A DNA stretch of 62,947 nucleotides, filler included, from Nemertoderma westbladi (Eukaryota; Animalia; Xenacoelomorpha), in assembly GCA_032718475.1 (NCBI GenBank). It is 3 parts of 3 records of this genome, joined end to end, with 100 filler letters (N's around TTAATTAATTAA, not from the genome) between each part and the next. Parts side by side here need not be neighbours in the genome. Positions count along the whole stretch, not along the records: positions 54,344 to 62,947 come from JAUCBJ010007750.1; 2 more parts are not named here. One strand, given 5' to 3'. A program made the translations under genes and the position numbers. Positions 62,050 through 62,947 of the stretch are shown piece after piece; position 1 is the first letter of the stretch; each line of letters starts with the position of its first letter. A model generated the notes under the pieces. It saw nothing but the letters and a program-made list of their open reading frames with translations. It made no database searches and was not told the origin of the DNA.

Positions 62050-62770
62050 CTTATAAACAAAATGTGAAGAAACAGCATGATTAACTGCGAAGCATACGGC
62101 TCGTTCAACCTAATTAGTTCGGACCATAGGATAGTGACTTCTGCAGTCATGACATCAGAGCGACGTTTGAGAGCAAGCAAACCCAGGACAAGTAAGCGAA
62201 TCAACTGTGACTGGGAGAAACTAAGAACTGACAACGCAGTATTTATGCTTACACAGTAAAAGTTAAAAACAAAAAGTAAAGTTAAAGTAAAGTACAAGTA
62301 AAAGTTAAAGTGCAAGTATCTGAGCTATTGTTGATCTACTTGGTCGAAATCCGTTTTGGCTCTTACACAGTAGTTTCTCTGTGAGGCCTAATCCTATATA
62401 GAATCATTTTATTGTATATTTTGGCAGCTACAACAAGCAGACAGATCCCACTATAGTTTGTTGGTATGCCGAGGTCTCCTTTCTTGGGGAGAGGCTTTAG
62501 TTGACCTTTAGTCCAAATTAGTGGTGGCTTTTCCCTTATCAGCATCAGCTGGTTACCAACATCCAGTAATGGTTTGTTTAGCACTCATATTATACATACC
62601 TTTGTAGGGATTTCATCTAATCCACTCACTTTATGATTGGACATGCTTTTAATGTTTCTTTGGAGTTCGGCAGGTGTGAAGTCCCCTGTTTCTATGAGTT
62701 ATGTCATACCTTCCTTGTAGGGCTGACCTCGATGTTTGGTCGCTGCCCAAACAAGTTTCTGAAGTGATCA
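62050..62770. mobile_element. Rearranged fragments of the same RTE-like LINE family as 29306-33637
   Basis: The plus strand carries an endonuclease end (CEAYGSF..SSDHRIV). The minus strand carries WTKGQLKPLPKKGDLGIPTNYSGICLL, closely matching 29306-29500 and 30336-30406. Confidence 0.85.
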
Positions 62771-62947
62771 TTCAATTCAATTCAATTTATTTTTCCTTTC
62801 AACAATTTCCTATTTCAGTACAATCAATACAAACATTGGATGAAGGTGATGGTGATGACGAAGTAGCAGACAATAGCGAAGCTAGTATAGCCTGCTACTC
62901 CGACTGGAAATTGATGGGTTGGAGGTGGGGTGGGGGGGGGGGGGGGT

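Overview
This is AT-rich eukaryotic genomic DNA, most likely from an invertebrate animal. It has spliceosomal GT-AG exons, tRNA-derived SINEs and two 100-nt scaffold gaps, each holding an artificial TTAATTAATTAA linker. Host genes are sparse. Two exons (4127-4505 and 36275-36766) look like an oxalate:formate-antiporter-like MFS transporter, and one exon (57454-57701) encodes an F-type (fucose-binding) lectin domain. About 20.6 kb (4487-25078) is a single 34-bp minisatellite of roughly 600 copies. Its unit is a copy of the first exon's own exon/intron junction, so nearly every unit carries a CAG|GT and an upstream TTTCAG. The rest is nested mobile DNA: a CRE-type fragment, a hAT element, an RTE-like LINE with four insertions, a DD41D Tc1/mariner, a foldback MITE, a Copia, a P-type fragment, a young pol-less BEL/Pao element, a FLYWCH-MULE and a Transib-like end. 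The top candidate for a new system is an intronless, minimal GTSF1/Asterix-like gene (tandem CHHC fingers plus a Trp-acidic tail). It lies inside an apparently mobile segment that begins with AGTAGT (Polinton/Maverick-like), cuts a young LTR, and also carries a zinc-finger/acidic-repeat gene. This could be a mobile-element-borne piRNA-pathway factor or decoy. All calls were made by eye and no database searches were run.
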